In this document: positions 1 to 9,124 of the stretch, one piece after another
How positions within the stretch are numbered: position 1 is the stretch's first letter
Layout: each line of letters starts with the position of its first letter
Notes under the pieces: model-generated
The model's input: only the letters and a program-made list of their open reading frames with translations
Told to the model about the DNA's origin: nothing
The model's database searches: none
NCBI GenBank assembly: GCA_028692545.1
Contig: JAQUXC010000001.1
Location: 1,365-65,364, forward strand
Direction: 5' to 3'
Source of the DNA: Patescibacteria group bacterium
GTDB taxonomy: Bacteria; Patescibacteriota; Patescibacteriia; UBA1558; S5-K13
DNA length: 64,000 bases
Position numbers and translations under genes: made by a program

Positions 1-174
1 ATTACTAATAAGGACTTAAAAGAAATTTTAATAAAAGAAGGGTATATATCATCTGGTAATGAATCAATTGCAATGTATTTTTTGAAATTTCTTAAACCAA
101 AATTTCCTGTAAAATTTATAAAAATTTGGGAAACAGAAAATAGATATGCTGTTGTATATTCAGAAGAAGTTTAA
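1..174 (+). CDS. 3'-terminal fragment of an unidentified protein (5' end outside window)
   Basis: Open frame from window edge to TAA at 172-174; followed immediately by hairpin terminator; no family recognised. Confidence 0.3.
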   Translation: MTNKDLKEILIKEGYISSGNESIAMYFLKFLKPKFPVKFIKIWETENRYAVVYSEEV

Positions 175-176
175 AA

Positions 177-224
177 TGTTCCACCTGTCTGCGCGTAGCC
201 GCTTCAGCGAAGGCAGGTGGAACA
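177..224. promoter_or_regulatory. parS-like site split by 32-nt GC-rich insert (TGTTCCAC-[insert]-GTGGAACA); also forms a 15-bp-stem hairpin/terminator after the upstream ORF
   Basis: Half-sites identical to the three intact copies downstream; the insert ctgtctgcgcgtagccgcttcagcgaaggcag sits between them. Confidence 0.5.
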
Positions 225-343
225 TTTTATATATATTTTGGCTCATTTGAGCCATTTTTTTGTACATTTAATAAAATAATAGTTACAATATTGGCTATTT
301 TATGTATTTTTTGATATTTTAAGAATATTTATATGAGTCAAAT

Positions 344-359
344 TGTTCCACGTGGAACA
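344..359. promoter_or_regulatory. parS (ParB binding site) TGTTCCACGTGGAACA
   Basis: Perfect 16-bp palindrome, one mismatch from B. subtilis parS TGTTCCACGTGAAACA. Confidence 0.75.
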
Positions 360-463
360 ATCTATGTAATTTTTTAGTAAATTAAATAAAAGATAGTTCT
401 ATGTCATTTTATATTATAAATTTTTATTAATTATATATTTATAGTCTTTTATAGTATTTAAAA

Positions 464-479
464 TGTTCCACGTGGAACA
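464..479. promoter_or_regulatory. parS (ParB binding site) TGTTCCACGTGGAACA
   Basis: Identical 16-mer, ~120 bp from previous copy. Confidence 0.75.
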
Positions 480-588
480 ATTTAGCTAAACTTGGCTTAT
501 TTTATGTCTTTTTTATATTTAACAAAAAAATAGTTTTAAGTTTTTTATTTATTATTTAGTATTTTGAGGTTATTTATATAAATCAAAT

Positions 589-604
589 TGTTCCACGTGG
601 AACA
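589..604. promoter_or_regulatory. parS (ParB binding site) TGTTCCACGTGGAACA
   Basis: Identical 16-mer, ~125 bp from previous copy. Confidence 0.75.
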
Positions 605-662
605 ATTTAGTATATTATTTGTTTATTAGAGTTATTTTTTTTAGAAATAAAAAACTCCCCTA

Positions 663-725
663 AGATCAAAACATTATGTATTTTATACCTGGGGAGTTTC
701 ACTCCCCATTTTTAGGCCTATTACC
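663..725 (+). terminator. Alternative-hairpin (attenuator-like) element ending in intrinsic terminator
   Basis: AACTCCCC (663-670), GGGGAGTT (701-708), ACTCCCC (711-717) then ATTTTT; the middle segment can pair with either flank. Confidence 0.3.
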
Positions 726-1087
726 AAGGGTATTTTATCTATATTAAATAAGATACTTTTAGTAATTTCCATTTTCATTCTTGCTCTGAGGAGCATTGTA
801 TTTTTATATTTTTCTAAACAATCCTTATTATTTTTATACTTTTTTATTAGATCTCATGCTTTTTGCACAGGATTCTAAATTTATAAAATTTTATTTTTAT
901 TTTTGTAATAAAGGCTGTCTAGAATTGTTAATGTTCTACTATAATATAAGTATATCATAAGTTTTCAAAAAAGTCAATCTCATATTTTGGCTTATTCAAG
1001 CCAAAAATATAAATTTTGTTTTATTATTGCTTTATATTAAATAATATATTTATACATTTTTGTAAAGTTATGCACATATAAATACAC

Positions 1088-1150
1088 TTATCAACAGACT
1101 TATCCACAGATTTAACATTCTTATACCCAAGAATTAACATGTTATCCACA
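1088..1150 (+). promoter_or_regulatory. DnaA-box cluster (TTATCAACA, TTATCCACA x2, TTATACCCA), putative oriC element
   Basis: Consensus DnaA 9-mers at 1088-1096, 1100-1108, 1142-1150, all same orientation, in AT-rich non-coding DNA next to the parS cluster. Confidence 0.55.
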
Positions 1151-1369
1151 GATTTTTAATATGATTAATTGATATTTTTTGTTGTGATCTTGTATTTTTA
1201 ATGAAATTTATGAATTTATATTAAAATTTAGTAAAAATGTATCAATTTGTATAATTTTTATATATTTGTAAAAATAGTTAAAATAAGCCAGTTGTGTTAT
1301 AATTATGAGTATATATTCATAATTGACCTTATTTCATTATCTTCAGAATGATGATAAAATTTATCTATT

Positions 1370-1927
1370 ATGGATATTGTAAAAAAAGTAAAACAATTTG
1401 TTGAAAGTGAATGCAAAAAACCCACAAGCAAGTATGGATATGAGCCTTTTGTTTATCATTTTTTACCAATGCTCAAATATGCAAAGGATCTAAGTGAAAA
1501 ATATAAAGCTGATCGAGAAATTGTCTTGCTTTCTGTATGGCTTCATGATATTGGCTCTATTATATGTGGAAGGGAAAATCATCATATTACTGGATCGCGT
1601 ATTGCAGAGGAGAAATTAAAAGAATTAGATTATTCAAAAGAAAGAATAAAATTAATTAAAAATTGTATTTTGCATCATCGTGGATCAAGAAATGAGAAAA
1701 TGAAAACAATTGAAGAAAAAATTGTAGCTGAGGCTGATGCAATGAGTGCGTTTGATAACATTTCAGGAATTTTCAAGGCTGCATTTGTTTATGAGAAACT
1801 TGATCAAGGTGAGGCAAAAAGGAAAGTAAGAAAAAAATTTGAAAACAAGTGGAAACAATTATCTCCAATTGCAAAAAAGATTATAAAGAAAAAATATGAT
1901 GCAATTATGTATATATTAAAAGATTAA
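1370..1927 (+). CDS. HD-domain phosphohydrolase
   Basis: H..HD motif (WLHDIG), later HH and D residues typical of the HD superfamily. Confidence 0.7.
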   Translation: MDIVKKVKQFVESECKKPTSKYGYEPFVYHFLPMLKYAKDLSEKYKADREIVLLSVWLHDIGSIICGRENHHITGSRIAEEKLKELDYSKERIKLIKNCILHHRGSRNEKMKTIEEKIVAEADAMSAFDNISGIFKAAFVYEKLDQGEAKRKVRKKFENKWKQLSPIAKKIIKKKYDAIMYILKD

Positions 1928-1939
1928 TTATAAATATAA

Positions 1940-2374
1940 ATGAAGAGACTTAAATGTAATATTGGTGAATATGGAATTGTTTTAAATAGTAAAAAAGAAT
2001 TTTTGATTTTGAAACTTCCTATAAACAAAGAATTTAAAAAAGAAATGTGGATGTTGCCAGGTGGGAGACTTAATTACAATGATCAAGCGGAAAGCGGTTT
2101 AATGCGAGAAGTATTTGAGGAAACTGGACTCAAAATAAAAATTGTCAAACCAATACATGTTGCTAGATGGGGTATTGAAAAACCAATAAAATATTCTGTG
2201 TTTTTTTTATGCAAGTTAACAGGTAATAAAGTTATAAAACTCAGTAAAGAACATACTGAATATAAATGGGTTGATTTTTCTTTTATAAATAAGATTTCGT
2301 GGAATAATATAAATACTAAAATTGCAGTAAAAAAAGCAAAACTAGAATATTTAAATATATTAAAAGAAAATTAA
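1940..2374 (+). CDS. Nudix hydrolase
   Basis: Nudix box GGx5Ex7REVFEETG present (LPGGRL...REVFEETGL). Confidence 0.8.
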   Translation: MKRLKCNIGEYGIVLNSKKEFLILKLPINKEFKKEMWMLPGGRLNYNDQAESGLMREVFEETGLKIKIVKPIHVARWGIEKPIKYSVFFLCKLTGNKVIKLSKEHTEYKWVDFSFINKISWNNINTKIAVKKAKLEYLNILKEN

Positions 2375-2379
2375 TAATT

Positions 2380-2742
2380 ATGAAATTATCAACAAAACAA
2401 ATAAATTTTATAAACAAAAATTATACAGCAGTTTTTACAACATGTGACTCAAGAAATAAACCAAATTCTATTTTTGTAGAAATTTGTAAAATTGAAGATG
2501 AAGACAAAATTATTATCACAGATAATGAAATGAAGATTACCAGAAAAAATTTGCAAGAAAATTGTAATGTTTGTCTTTTGTTTAATGACAATAAATATAA
2601 TGTGATAAAAATTTTTGGAAAAGCCAAATATTTTAAGTCGGGCAAATATTTTGAATACGTAAAAAAATTAAAAGATAATATTGGACATAATCCCAAAGCA
2701 GCGGTTGTAGTAAAAGTTTTAAAAATAATTGAAATTTCTTAA
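2380..2742 (+). CDS. Pyridoxamine 5'-phosphate oxidase-like FMN-binding split-barrel protein
   Basis: Size and sequence pattern of PNPOx-like/general stress protein 26 family; weak. Confidence 0.45.
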   Translation: MKLSTKQINFINKNYTAVFTTCDSRNKPNSIFVEICKIEDEDKIIITDNEMKITRKNLQENCNVCLLFNDNKYNVIKIFGKAKYFKSGKYFEYVKKLKDNIGHNPKAAVVVKVLKIIEIS

Positions 2743-2747
2743 ACAAA

Positions 2748-2786
2748 AAGAAAAGGGAACCGAAGTTCCCTTAATGTGCGATTGAT
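2748..2786. terminator. Bidirectional hairpin terminator between convergent genes
   Basis: GGGAACCGAAGTTCCC hairpin flanked by A/T runs. Confidence 0.6.
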
Positions 2787-2794
2787 GAGATACG

Positions 2795-3103
2795 TTATTG
2801 ACAGGAGCAGGTGTGTTTTTTCTTCAACATGCTGAGCGTAAGCTTTCCATCTCCGCGTTTGATTTTTCCGATTTTTTTTGGTTTGTATCCGTCTGGAACA
2901 TCAAACATTGTACCATCTTCAATCGGAGTTTGAAGGATGAAACTTATTTTTTCAGTCCCAACGGATTCTGCGGGGCAGTCGTAAAGCACTTCACCATTGT
3001 GTTCAGCGCTTTGAACTATACTACCTATTGGTAGTTCAATTTGGAAAACTTCATTAGCTGGTGTGTTTTCCGGAATTTGGACTATTCCTTTCTTATACAG
3101 CAT
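2795..3103 (-). CDS. Hypothetical protein (102 aa)
   Basis: ORF with moderate GC and good coding appearance; no family recognised. Confidence 0.5.
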   Translation of the reverse strand: MLYKKGIVQIPENTPANEVFQIELPIGSIVQSAEHNGEVLYDCPAESVGTEKISFILQTPIEDGTMFDVPDGYKPKKIGKIKRGDGKLTLSMLKKKHTCSCQ

Positions 3104-3248
3104 TTTTACCTCCTGCTGTTTTTTATTTCGCCTATATATTACTATGCCAATCTTATATTGTCAATTGTATAATCTAGTATTTGATGTTTGATTTTAATAT
3201 TTATATAAATAATGATAAAATGTATTTATATTATTAATAATTAATTAA

Positions 3249-4298
3249 ATGGAAATAAATAAGCTTTTAAAGATTGCTGTTGAAAAAAAGGCATCTGATT
3301 TACATCTTGTAGTAGGTCATGTTCCAGTTTTGAGAATTGATACGGAAATTAAGCCAATGAAAGATGAATCGGAAATAAGTAATGTTGAGTTAAAGAAAAT
3401 GGTGGAAGGTATATTGACCGTAAGTCAGAAAAAGAAATTTTATGAAGATAGGGAATTAGATCTTTCTTATGAAATAAATAATGTCGGTAGATTTAGAATT
3501 AATCTGTGTTGGGAAAAAGATAATGTAAGTCTTGTTTCTAGAATTATAAACAACAAGATTCCAAACATGAATGATTTGGGATTAAATGATGTTGTTGCTG
3601 AAATGTTGCTACAAAACCAAGGACTTATTCTTGTCACAGGGCCAACTGGTAGTGGAAAATCTACAACTCTTGCTTCAATGGTAAATTATATAAATGAAAA
3701 TAGAAAAGTTTCTATTATAACCCTAGAAGATCCTATTGAGTATTTGTTCCCAAAAGCAAGTAGTATTATTACTCAGCGTGAACTTGGTTCTGATATGAAA
3801 ACATTTGCCGCAGGATTGAAACATGTACTTCGTCAAGATCCTGATATTGTAATGGTTGGTGAGATGAGAGATTTGGAGACTATTGCCCTTACTTTAACAC
3901 TCGCAGAAACTGGACATTTAGTACTTGCAACACTTCATACTCCAAACGCATCTCAGGTTATAGATAGAATAGTAGATGTTTTTCCTGCTTATCAACAAAC
4001 TCAAATAAGAATGCAGTTTTCTATGGTATTAAATTCTATAATAGCTCAGCGTATATTACCTAAAAAAGGAGGGGGACTTATTGTTGCAAGAGAAATATTG
4101 ATAAATACCCCTGCTATTTCAAATATTATTCGTGAGAACAAAATACCTCAAATTAAAACTGTCATACAAACTAGTGCTGACAAAGGCATGTCTACAATGG
4201 TTCAGGCAGTAAAAAGATTATATGAAGATGATTTAATAGAAGAAAGTTTAGCAGCATCACTTCTTGCAGAAGAAGATATGAGGCAAAGCACCTCCTAA
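3249..4298 (+). CDS. pilT: Type IV pilus retraction ATPase PilT
   Basis: Walker A GPTGSGKSTTLA, Asp box, His box; PilT/PilU length and motifs. Confidence 0.9.
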   Translation: MEINKLLKIAVEKKASDLHLVVGHVPVLRIDTEIKPMKDESEISNVELKKMVEGILTVSQKKKFYEDRELDLSYEINNVGRFRINLCWEKDNVSLVSRIINNKIPNMNDLGLNDVVAEMLLQNQGLILVTGPTGSGKSTTLASMVNYINENRKVSIITLEDPIEYLFPKASSIITQRELGSDMKTFAAGLKHVLRQDPDIVMVGEMRDLETIALTLTLAETGHLVLATLHTPNASQVIDRIVDVFPAYQQTQIRMQFSMVLNSIIAQRILPKKGGGLIVAREILINTPAISNIIRENKIPQIKTVIQTSADKGMSTMVQAVKRLYEDDLIEESLAASLLAEEDMRQSTS

Positions 4299-4317
4299 AA
4301 AAATAAATAATCAAAAT

Positions 4318-5091
4318 ATGGAAATAAATAATAAAGAACTTAGTATAATTATTTTAGCTGCAGGCAAAGGGGTTAGAATGAATCAGGATATTCCAAAAGT
4401 ATTGACTATGCTTGATAATGGTAATTGTTTAATAGAAAATCTTTTGGAAAATATAAAAGAGACAAATTATATCAATAATGTTTCTGTTGTTGTTGGATTT
4501 AAAGGAGATGATGTGATAGATAAATTAGGAAATAAATATAAATATATTTGGCAGAGAGAAACCTTGGGAACAGGGCATGCTGTAGCTCAGTGCAAAAATG
4601 AATTAAAAGGTCATTTCGATAATCATCTCATACTTTATGGTGATACTCCTTTTATATCTCCTGCGACAATAGAAAATATTATAAATATGCACATGGAAAA
4701 CAATTCTATTTTTTCTATATTAACCTTGCAATTGAATAATTTTGAAGATATTAATTCATGTTATATGAATTTTGGTAGAATAGTAAGAGATGCTAATGGT
4801 GAAATTACAAAAATAGTTGAATTCAAGGATGCTACTGATGAGGAAAAAAATATTACGGAAGTTAATCCAGCTATATTTTGTATAAAAGATGAGTGGTTAT
4901 GGAAAAATTTAGATAATATAAATTCTAATAATAATCAAAAAGAGTATTATCTTACAGATTTGATAGCTATGGCACATGATCAGGGTATAAAAATAAAATC
5001 TTTTATATCAAAAAATAATTTTGAATTTATAGGTGTAAATACTATTGAACAGTTGAATTTTGCTAAAAAAGTTGGCTTGAATGTTATTTAA
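4318..5091 (+). CDS. Sugar-phosphate nucleotidyltransferase (GlmU N-terminal-domain-like)
   Basis: N-terminal LAAGKGVRM and GTGHAV motifs of NTP-transferase fold; no acetyltransferase repeat domain. Confidence 0.6.
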   Translation: MEINNKELSIIILAAGKGVRMNQDIPKVLTMLDNGNCLIENLLENIKETNYINNVSVVVGFKGDDVIDKLGNKYKYIWQRETLGTGHAVAQCKNELKGHFDNHLILYGDTPFISPATIENIINMHMENNSIFSILTLQLNNFEDINSCYMNFGRIVRDANGEITKIVEFKDATDEEKNITEVNPAIFCIKDEWLWKNLDNINSNNNQKEYYLTDLIAMAHDQGIKIKSFISKNNFEFIGVNTIEQLNFAKKVGLNVI

Positions 5092-5211
5092 TATATATAA
5101 TATATATTTTATAGATACATTCTTTGTTTTAATAAAGAATTTAGGTAAACTATTGACACAAGGCACAAGTTTCGGTAGTATTACACTACTTAATTAAATT
5201 TATTTTTTATT

Positions 5212-5598
5212 ATGACTAAAGAAATTAAAAATCAAGGAACCAAAAAACAAGGCAAGTCTGATAAAGGAAATATAATCTTAAAAGATGTAAAATTTGAGAT
5301 AGAATCAGGCATGGTTGTTAGAGTTCATGAAAAAATTAGAGAAAAAAATGCAAAAGGTGAGGAAAAAGAAAGAATTCAGATTTTTGAAGGTATTGTAATA
5401 GCTCATAAACATGGTAAAGAAATAGGGTCTACTGTTACAGTTAGAAAGGATTCAAATGGTATAGGTGTTGAAAAAGTGTTTCCATTAAATTCACCTTTAA
5501 TTGACAAAATAGAGTTAAAAAGTAGAATAAAGTCTAGTAAATCAAAGCTATATTATCTTAGAGATTATAAAAAGAGATTAAAAAAAGTTAGTATATAA
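5212..5598 (+). CDS. rplS: 50S ribosomal protein L19
   Basis: RVHEKI...QIFEGIVIA...TVRK...GVEKVFPL...KLYYLR pattern typical of L19. Confidence 0.9.
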   Translation: MTKEIKNQGTKKQGKSDKGNIILKDVKFEIESGMVVRVHEKIREKNAKGEEKERIQIFEGIVIAHKHGKEIGSTVTVRKDSNGIGVEKVFPLNSPLIDKIELKSRIKSSKSKLYYLRDYKKRLKKVSI

Positions 5599-5632
5599 TT
5601 TATATTAAAACTTCACGATAAGAAGCTTGTTT

Positions 5633-5720
5633 GCACGGATGGTGAAATTGGTAGACACGCAAGCTTGAGGGGCTTGTGAGAGTTTTTCTCGTGGAGGTTC
5701 AAGTCCTCTTCCGTGCACCA
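5633..5720 (+). tRNA. tRNA-Leu (anticodon GAG), CCA encoded
   Basis: Cloverleaf with long variable arm; anticodon loop TTGAGGG. Confidence 0.8.
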
Positions 5721-5775
5721 TATGTAATTTGATAAATAATTCAAAATTCATCATTGGTTATTCATAATTAATTTA

Positions 5776-5852
5776 GGGTCCTTGGCTCAGTTGGTTAGAG
5801 CGTCTCGTTTACACCGAGAAGGCCATAGGTTCGAATCCTATAGGACCCACCA
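5776..5852 (+). tRNA. tRNA-Val (anticodon TAC), CCA encoded
   Basis: Acceptor GGGTCCT/AGGACCC, anticodon loop TTTACAC. Confidence 0.8.
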
Positions 5853-5906
5853 TACACGCCTTGTGTGCAATTATTAATGATGAATTTTGAATTTTCAAAA
5901 TAAATT

Positions 5907-6158
5907 ATGATTTTCTATGTATACATAGCTCGCTGTAATGATGAAACATTATATACTGGATATTGCAAGGATTTAGATGCTCGAGAAAAAAAACATAACA
6001 TCGGTGAGGGAGCTAAATATACAAAATATAGGACGCCAATCAAAATTATTTATCACGAAAAATTTGATAGTAGAGTAGGCGCAATGAAAAGAGAAAGACA
6101 AATCAAAAAATTGCCTAAAGTTGAAAAAGAAGATTTGATAAATCGTAAATTAAAATAA
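5907..6158 (+). CDS. Small GIY-YIG nuclease family protein (YhbQ/UPF0213-like)
   Basis: N-terminal IFYVYIARC..LYTGY and conserved R/E residues of GIY-YIG; 83 aa; embedded between tRNA genes. Confidence 0.7.
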   Translation: MIFYVYIARCNDETLYTGYCKDLDAREKKHNIGEGAKYTKYRTPIKIIYHEKFDSRVGAMKRERQIKKLPKVEKEDLINRKLK

Positions 6159-6167
6159 AAATGTCAT

Positions 6168-6244
6168 GGGCTTGTGGCTCAGTTGGTTAGAGCATCTGCT
6201 TTGCAAGCAGAGGGTCGTGGGTTCGAATCCCACCAAGTCCACCA
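6168..6244 (+). tRNA. tRNA-Ala (anticodon TGC), CCA encoded
   Basis: GGGCTTG acceptor with G3:U70 wobble (Ala identity); anticodon loop TTTGCAA. Confidence 0.85.
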
Positions 6245-6253
6245 TCAAAAATA

Positions 6254-6282
6254 CACTGTTAAAATCAGTGTTTTTTTATTAC
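6254..6282 (+). terminator. Intrinsic terminator after tRNA cluster
   Basis: CACTG..CAGTG hairpin followed by T7. Confidence 0.6.
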
Positions 6283-6555
6283 AAAAATATATAAAGTATT
6301 TATTTTTATTTTTTAGGGTTATCGGTTTATACACACTTAATAGATATATGTAAGTTCTTATGAAAATTTAAATTATATTATGTATTATGAAATAATAAGT
6401 TATTTTAAAAAAAATAAAATATATACTAATAAAATAAATTTTAATGCTTAAAATATTTTTTGATGATGATTAGTATTACTTGACTTAATTTATAAAATAT
6501 GGTTATATTTACTATTGTTCTTTTTTATTTACAAAACAATCCAAGGAGGATTAAA

Positions 6556-8835
6556 ATGAAAACACTCTATATCTTAATCATCGCTCTGTTGATAAGTATA
6601 GCAATAAGTGCCGAAACAACTTATTTTAATAATTGCTCTTTTAGGGCAATTGATACGGTTGACGGTGAATTTTTTTGGGGTTTATCAATGAATGAATTGA
6701 AGGCTCAAAAATTTGTATTGCAAGATGGAAATATTAGTATTGTACAAGAGGTTAATTTACCAGACACTCTTAGCATAGATCAATTCCCAGAAATTATTGC
6801 AATTTCTGATGAATTTTATGGGGGTGGGTTTGTATTAAGGGCTGATTGTACAGTAGTTTTTTGGTTGTCACAACTTCCAGATAATCATTTTAGACTACAT
6901 TACAAAAGTGGACTAAAATCTATAAAAAAATATACCAACAATCAAATCGCCCTCTTTTACACTAGGGAAGATACGGGAGGCGGTAGTTCCATTATCCTAG
7001 AAATTGAAAATGGAGATGAAATTGAGGGTATGTACAGTGGTGACGGTACAGGTATTTGTTTTGGTGGAAATCAAAATATGACTGTAATAGGGGGTACTAG
7101 GCTTGGAGGTTATAATGGTTATGGTGATAATTTACCATGGGCATTTTTAACTGTACATCGAACTAGTGCATATAATTATTCCTACTTTTTTGACAATTAT
7201 TATGATATTACCACAGCAGTATTCGTTGATGGTGATAATATCTTTGCTATTATAGAAACCAATCCAGATGAATCCGGTTTTATAACCAGAAGTTTGGTCA
7301 AAAAGCCTTATTCTGGACAACCAATTAATATTTGTACTGATATAGTGCAATATAGTAATCACCCTTACCTATTTGAAAAAATTGGAGATTGGATATACCT
7401 CGGACAACTTAATGATTTGAAGAGGTATAATATCAATAGTGAGATTATGCAATCCGTAAATATCTTGTTTGATGACAATTTTATCAGATCCTCTACAAGA
7501 TTTCAGGATAAGATATTAATAGCATTAGACAATGGATTGGTTTTGTATCAACCATCAAACTCAATGCATCTAATAAACTTTTATCCACATAGAAATCCTA
7601 TAGAAGTGGATAATTGCACAGCAGATACACTTTATGTGTATCCAGGTCAAATATTTCAATACAATGGATCTATGAATCCAATAGAAGAAAATTTTTGGCC
7701 TGGGAGTGTAATTGGATTAGATTCAATAACGACTCTTGATGTCGGATTGGAGATAATAAATTTTCATTGGGATTGCTCATTGTTGGATAATGAAGGATTG
7801 TTATATATTGATAATCTTCAGATGGGTTGGGTTAGTAATGGTTATTTTGGTATTGATGATTGTGGTTTGCTTGTAATGAATTTACAAAATCACATACCTG
7901 AGGGTGAATGTGGGCATATTATTACCAGTGTAAATATTACAAATAATACTCCACTTGGAATAATTGAAGAATCTTGCATAGATAATAAAACAATTATTTC
8001 CAACAATGGAGTTATTGGTGATATCGATGGATCTGGAGGAGTAGATCAAAATGATGCAATAATTGGTTTGGGACAGTGGATTAATCAGAATATTTTGCAG
8101 ACCGGTTATAATCCAAACGGTCAGATTAATATAATGAGGCAATCAGTCCTTGCTCCACATCCCAGTACAGCAAATATATGGGCAATAAATGGATATTTAC
8201 ATAATCCAGAGGATTCATTTTTTGCTAATTTGGGAATAGGGAGCCTTTATGAAGTTGAAAATTGGGTTCCACCCAATTATATAAATAACCAAGGTCTCAT
8301 AATTATAGATACTAATGATAATTTTGTCAGTATATTTTGGCAGAACTTTGATAATAGTTTTGGTGGCCAAGATATTTTGATTACAAATAACAAGGTTATG
8401 CGATGGGAATCAGAAAAAGGATTAGAGCCAATTATTTTCGAAAGAAATAAAAATCAACTAATCCAATTTCAAATTCCTATAAATGCTAAGTTATTATCAT
8501 TATCAACAAAACAAATCAATTATAGTTCATCTGGAAGTAACGATGATCTTATTGATTTAGATAAGGTACTGAACAATGTCTACCCCAACCCCTTCAATTC
8601 TCAGACTTCAATTAGTTTTAATTTGTCAAAAACAGGCAATGTACAAATTGAGGTTTATAATATTAGAGGGCAATTGGTGAAGACACTATTTGCTGGCCAA
8701 AAATATGCTGGTAACCACCAGATTATTTGGAATGGTACTGATAATAAGGGTAATTTAGTTACAGGTGGAATTTATTTCTACAAACTTAAATTAGATTCTT
8801 ATGTCAATACTAAGAAAATAGTGTTGATAAAATAA
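6556..8835 (+). CDS. Large secreted protein with T9SS-type C-terminal sorting domain (Por_Secre_tail)
   Basis: RBS AAGGAGG 6 nt upstream of ATG at 6556; signal peptide MKTLYILIIALLISIAISA; C-terminal ~80 aa VYPNPF...IEVYNIRGQLV...GIYFYKLKL matches T9SS CTD pattern. Confidence 0.7.
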   Translation: MKTLYILIIALLISIAISAETTYFNNCSFRAIDTVDGEFFWGLSMNELKAQKFVLQDGNISIVQEVNLPDTLSIDQFPEIIAISDEFYGGGFVLRADCTVVFWLSQLPDNHFRLHYKSGLKSIKKYTNNQIALFYTREDTGGGSSIILEIENGDEIEGMYSGDGTGICFGGNQNMTVIGGTRLGGYNGYGDNLPWAFLTVHRTSAYNYSYFFDNYYDITTAVFVDGDNIFAIIETNPDESGFITRSLVKKPYSGQPINICTDIVQYSNHPYLFEKIGDWIYLGQLNDLKRYNINSEIMQSVNILFDDNFIRSSTRFQDKILIALDNGLVLYQPSNSMHLINFYPHRNPIEVDNCTADTLYVYPGQIFQYNGSMNPIEENFWPGSVIGLDSITTLDVGLEIINFHWDCSLLDNEGLLYIDNLQMGWVSNGYFGIDDCGLLVMNLQNHIPEGECGHIITSVNITNNTPLGIIEESCIDNKTIISNNGVIGDIDGSGGVDQNDAIIGLGQWINQNILQTGYNPNGQINIMRQSVLAPHPSTANIWAINGYLHNPEDSFFANLGIGSLYEVENWVPPNYINNQGLIIIDTNDNFVSIFWQNFDNSFGGQDILITNNKVMRWESEKGLEPIIFERNKNQLIQFQIPINAKLLSLSTKQINYSSSGSNDDLIDLDKVLNNVYPNPFNSQTSISFNLSKTGNVQIEVYNIRGQLVKTLFAGQKYAGNHQIIWNGTDNKGNLVTGGIYFYKLKLDSYVNTKKIVLIK

Positions 8836-9124
8836 ATATATTACCTCACCTTGCATAATGCGGGGTGGGGTTTTTGTTATATTGTATATTATTATATAAG
8901 TGATAAACTAAAATTATAATAATTAATATAAAAATACGGTAAGTTTTGAAAATATACTAGAATCTGCTCCACATGGCGTTAGATATCCAGACAAAGAAAA
9001 TTAATAAATACATTAAATATTATATAGAATCCCCTGACAGTAGTCTGGGGATTCTATTTTTCTAAAATTAATGAAATATATTATTTAATAGTGCGTATTA
9101 TAAAATATCAGTGTATAATGATAA

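Noticed and set aside
230-660. CRISPR array in the ~120-bp periodic repeats at the window start
   Set aside because: The repeated unit is the 16-bp parS palindrome with partly conserved flanks. There is no constant-length repeat/spacer structure and no cas genes.
2421-2696. Antisense ORFs nested inside well-supported genes (e.g. 2421..2696-, 7147..7362-, 7882..8142-, 9388..9585-, 14239..14646-, 41901..42230+, 53870..54559-, 54096..54320-, 55341..55685-, 59531..60019+, 61329..62203-)
   Set aside because: Each lies entirely within a longer ORF with clear family motifs on the opposite strand. AT-rich genomes generate long spurious antisense frames.
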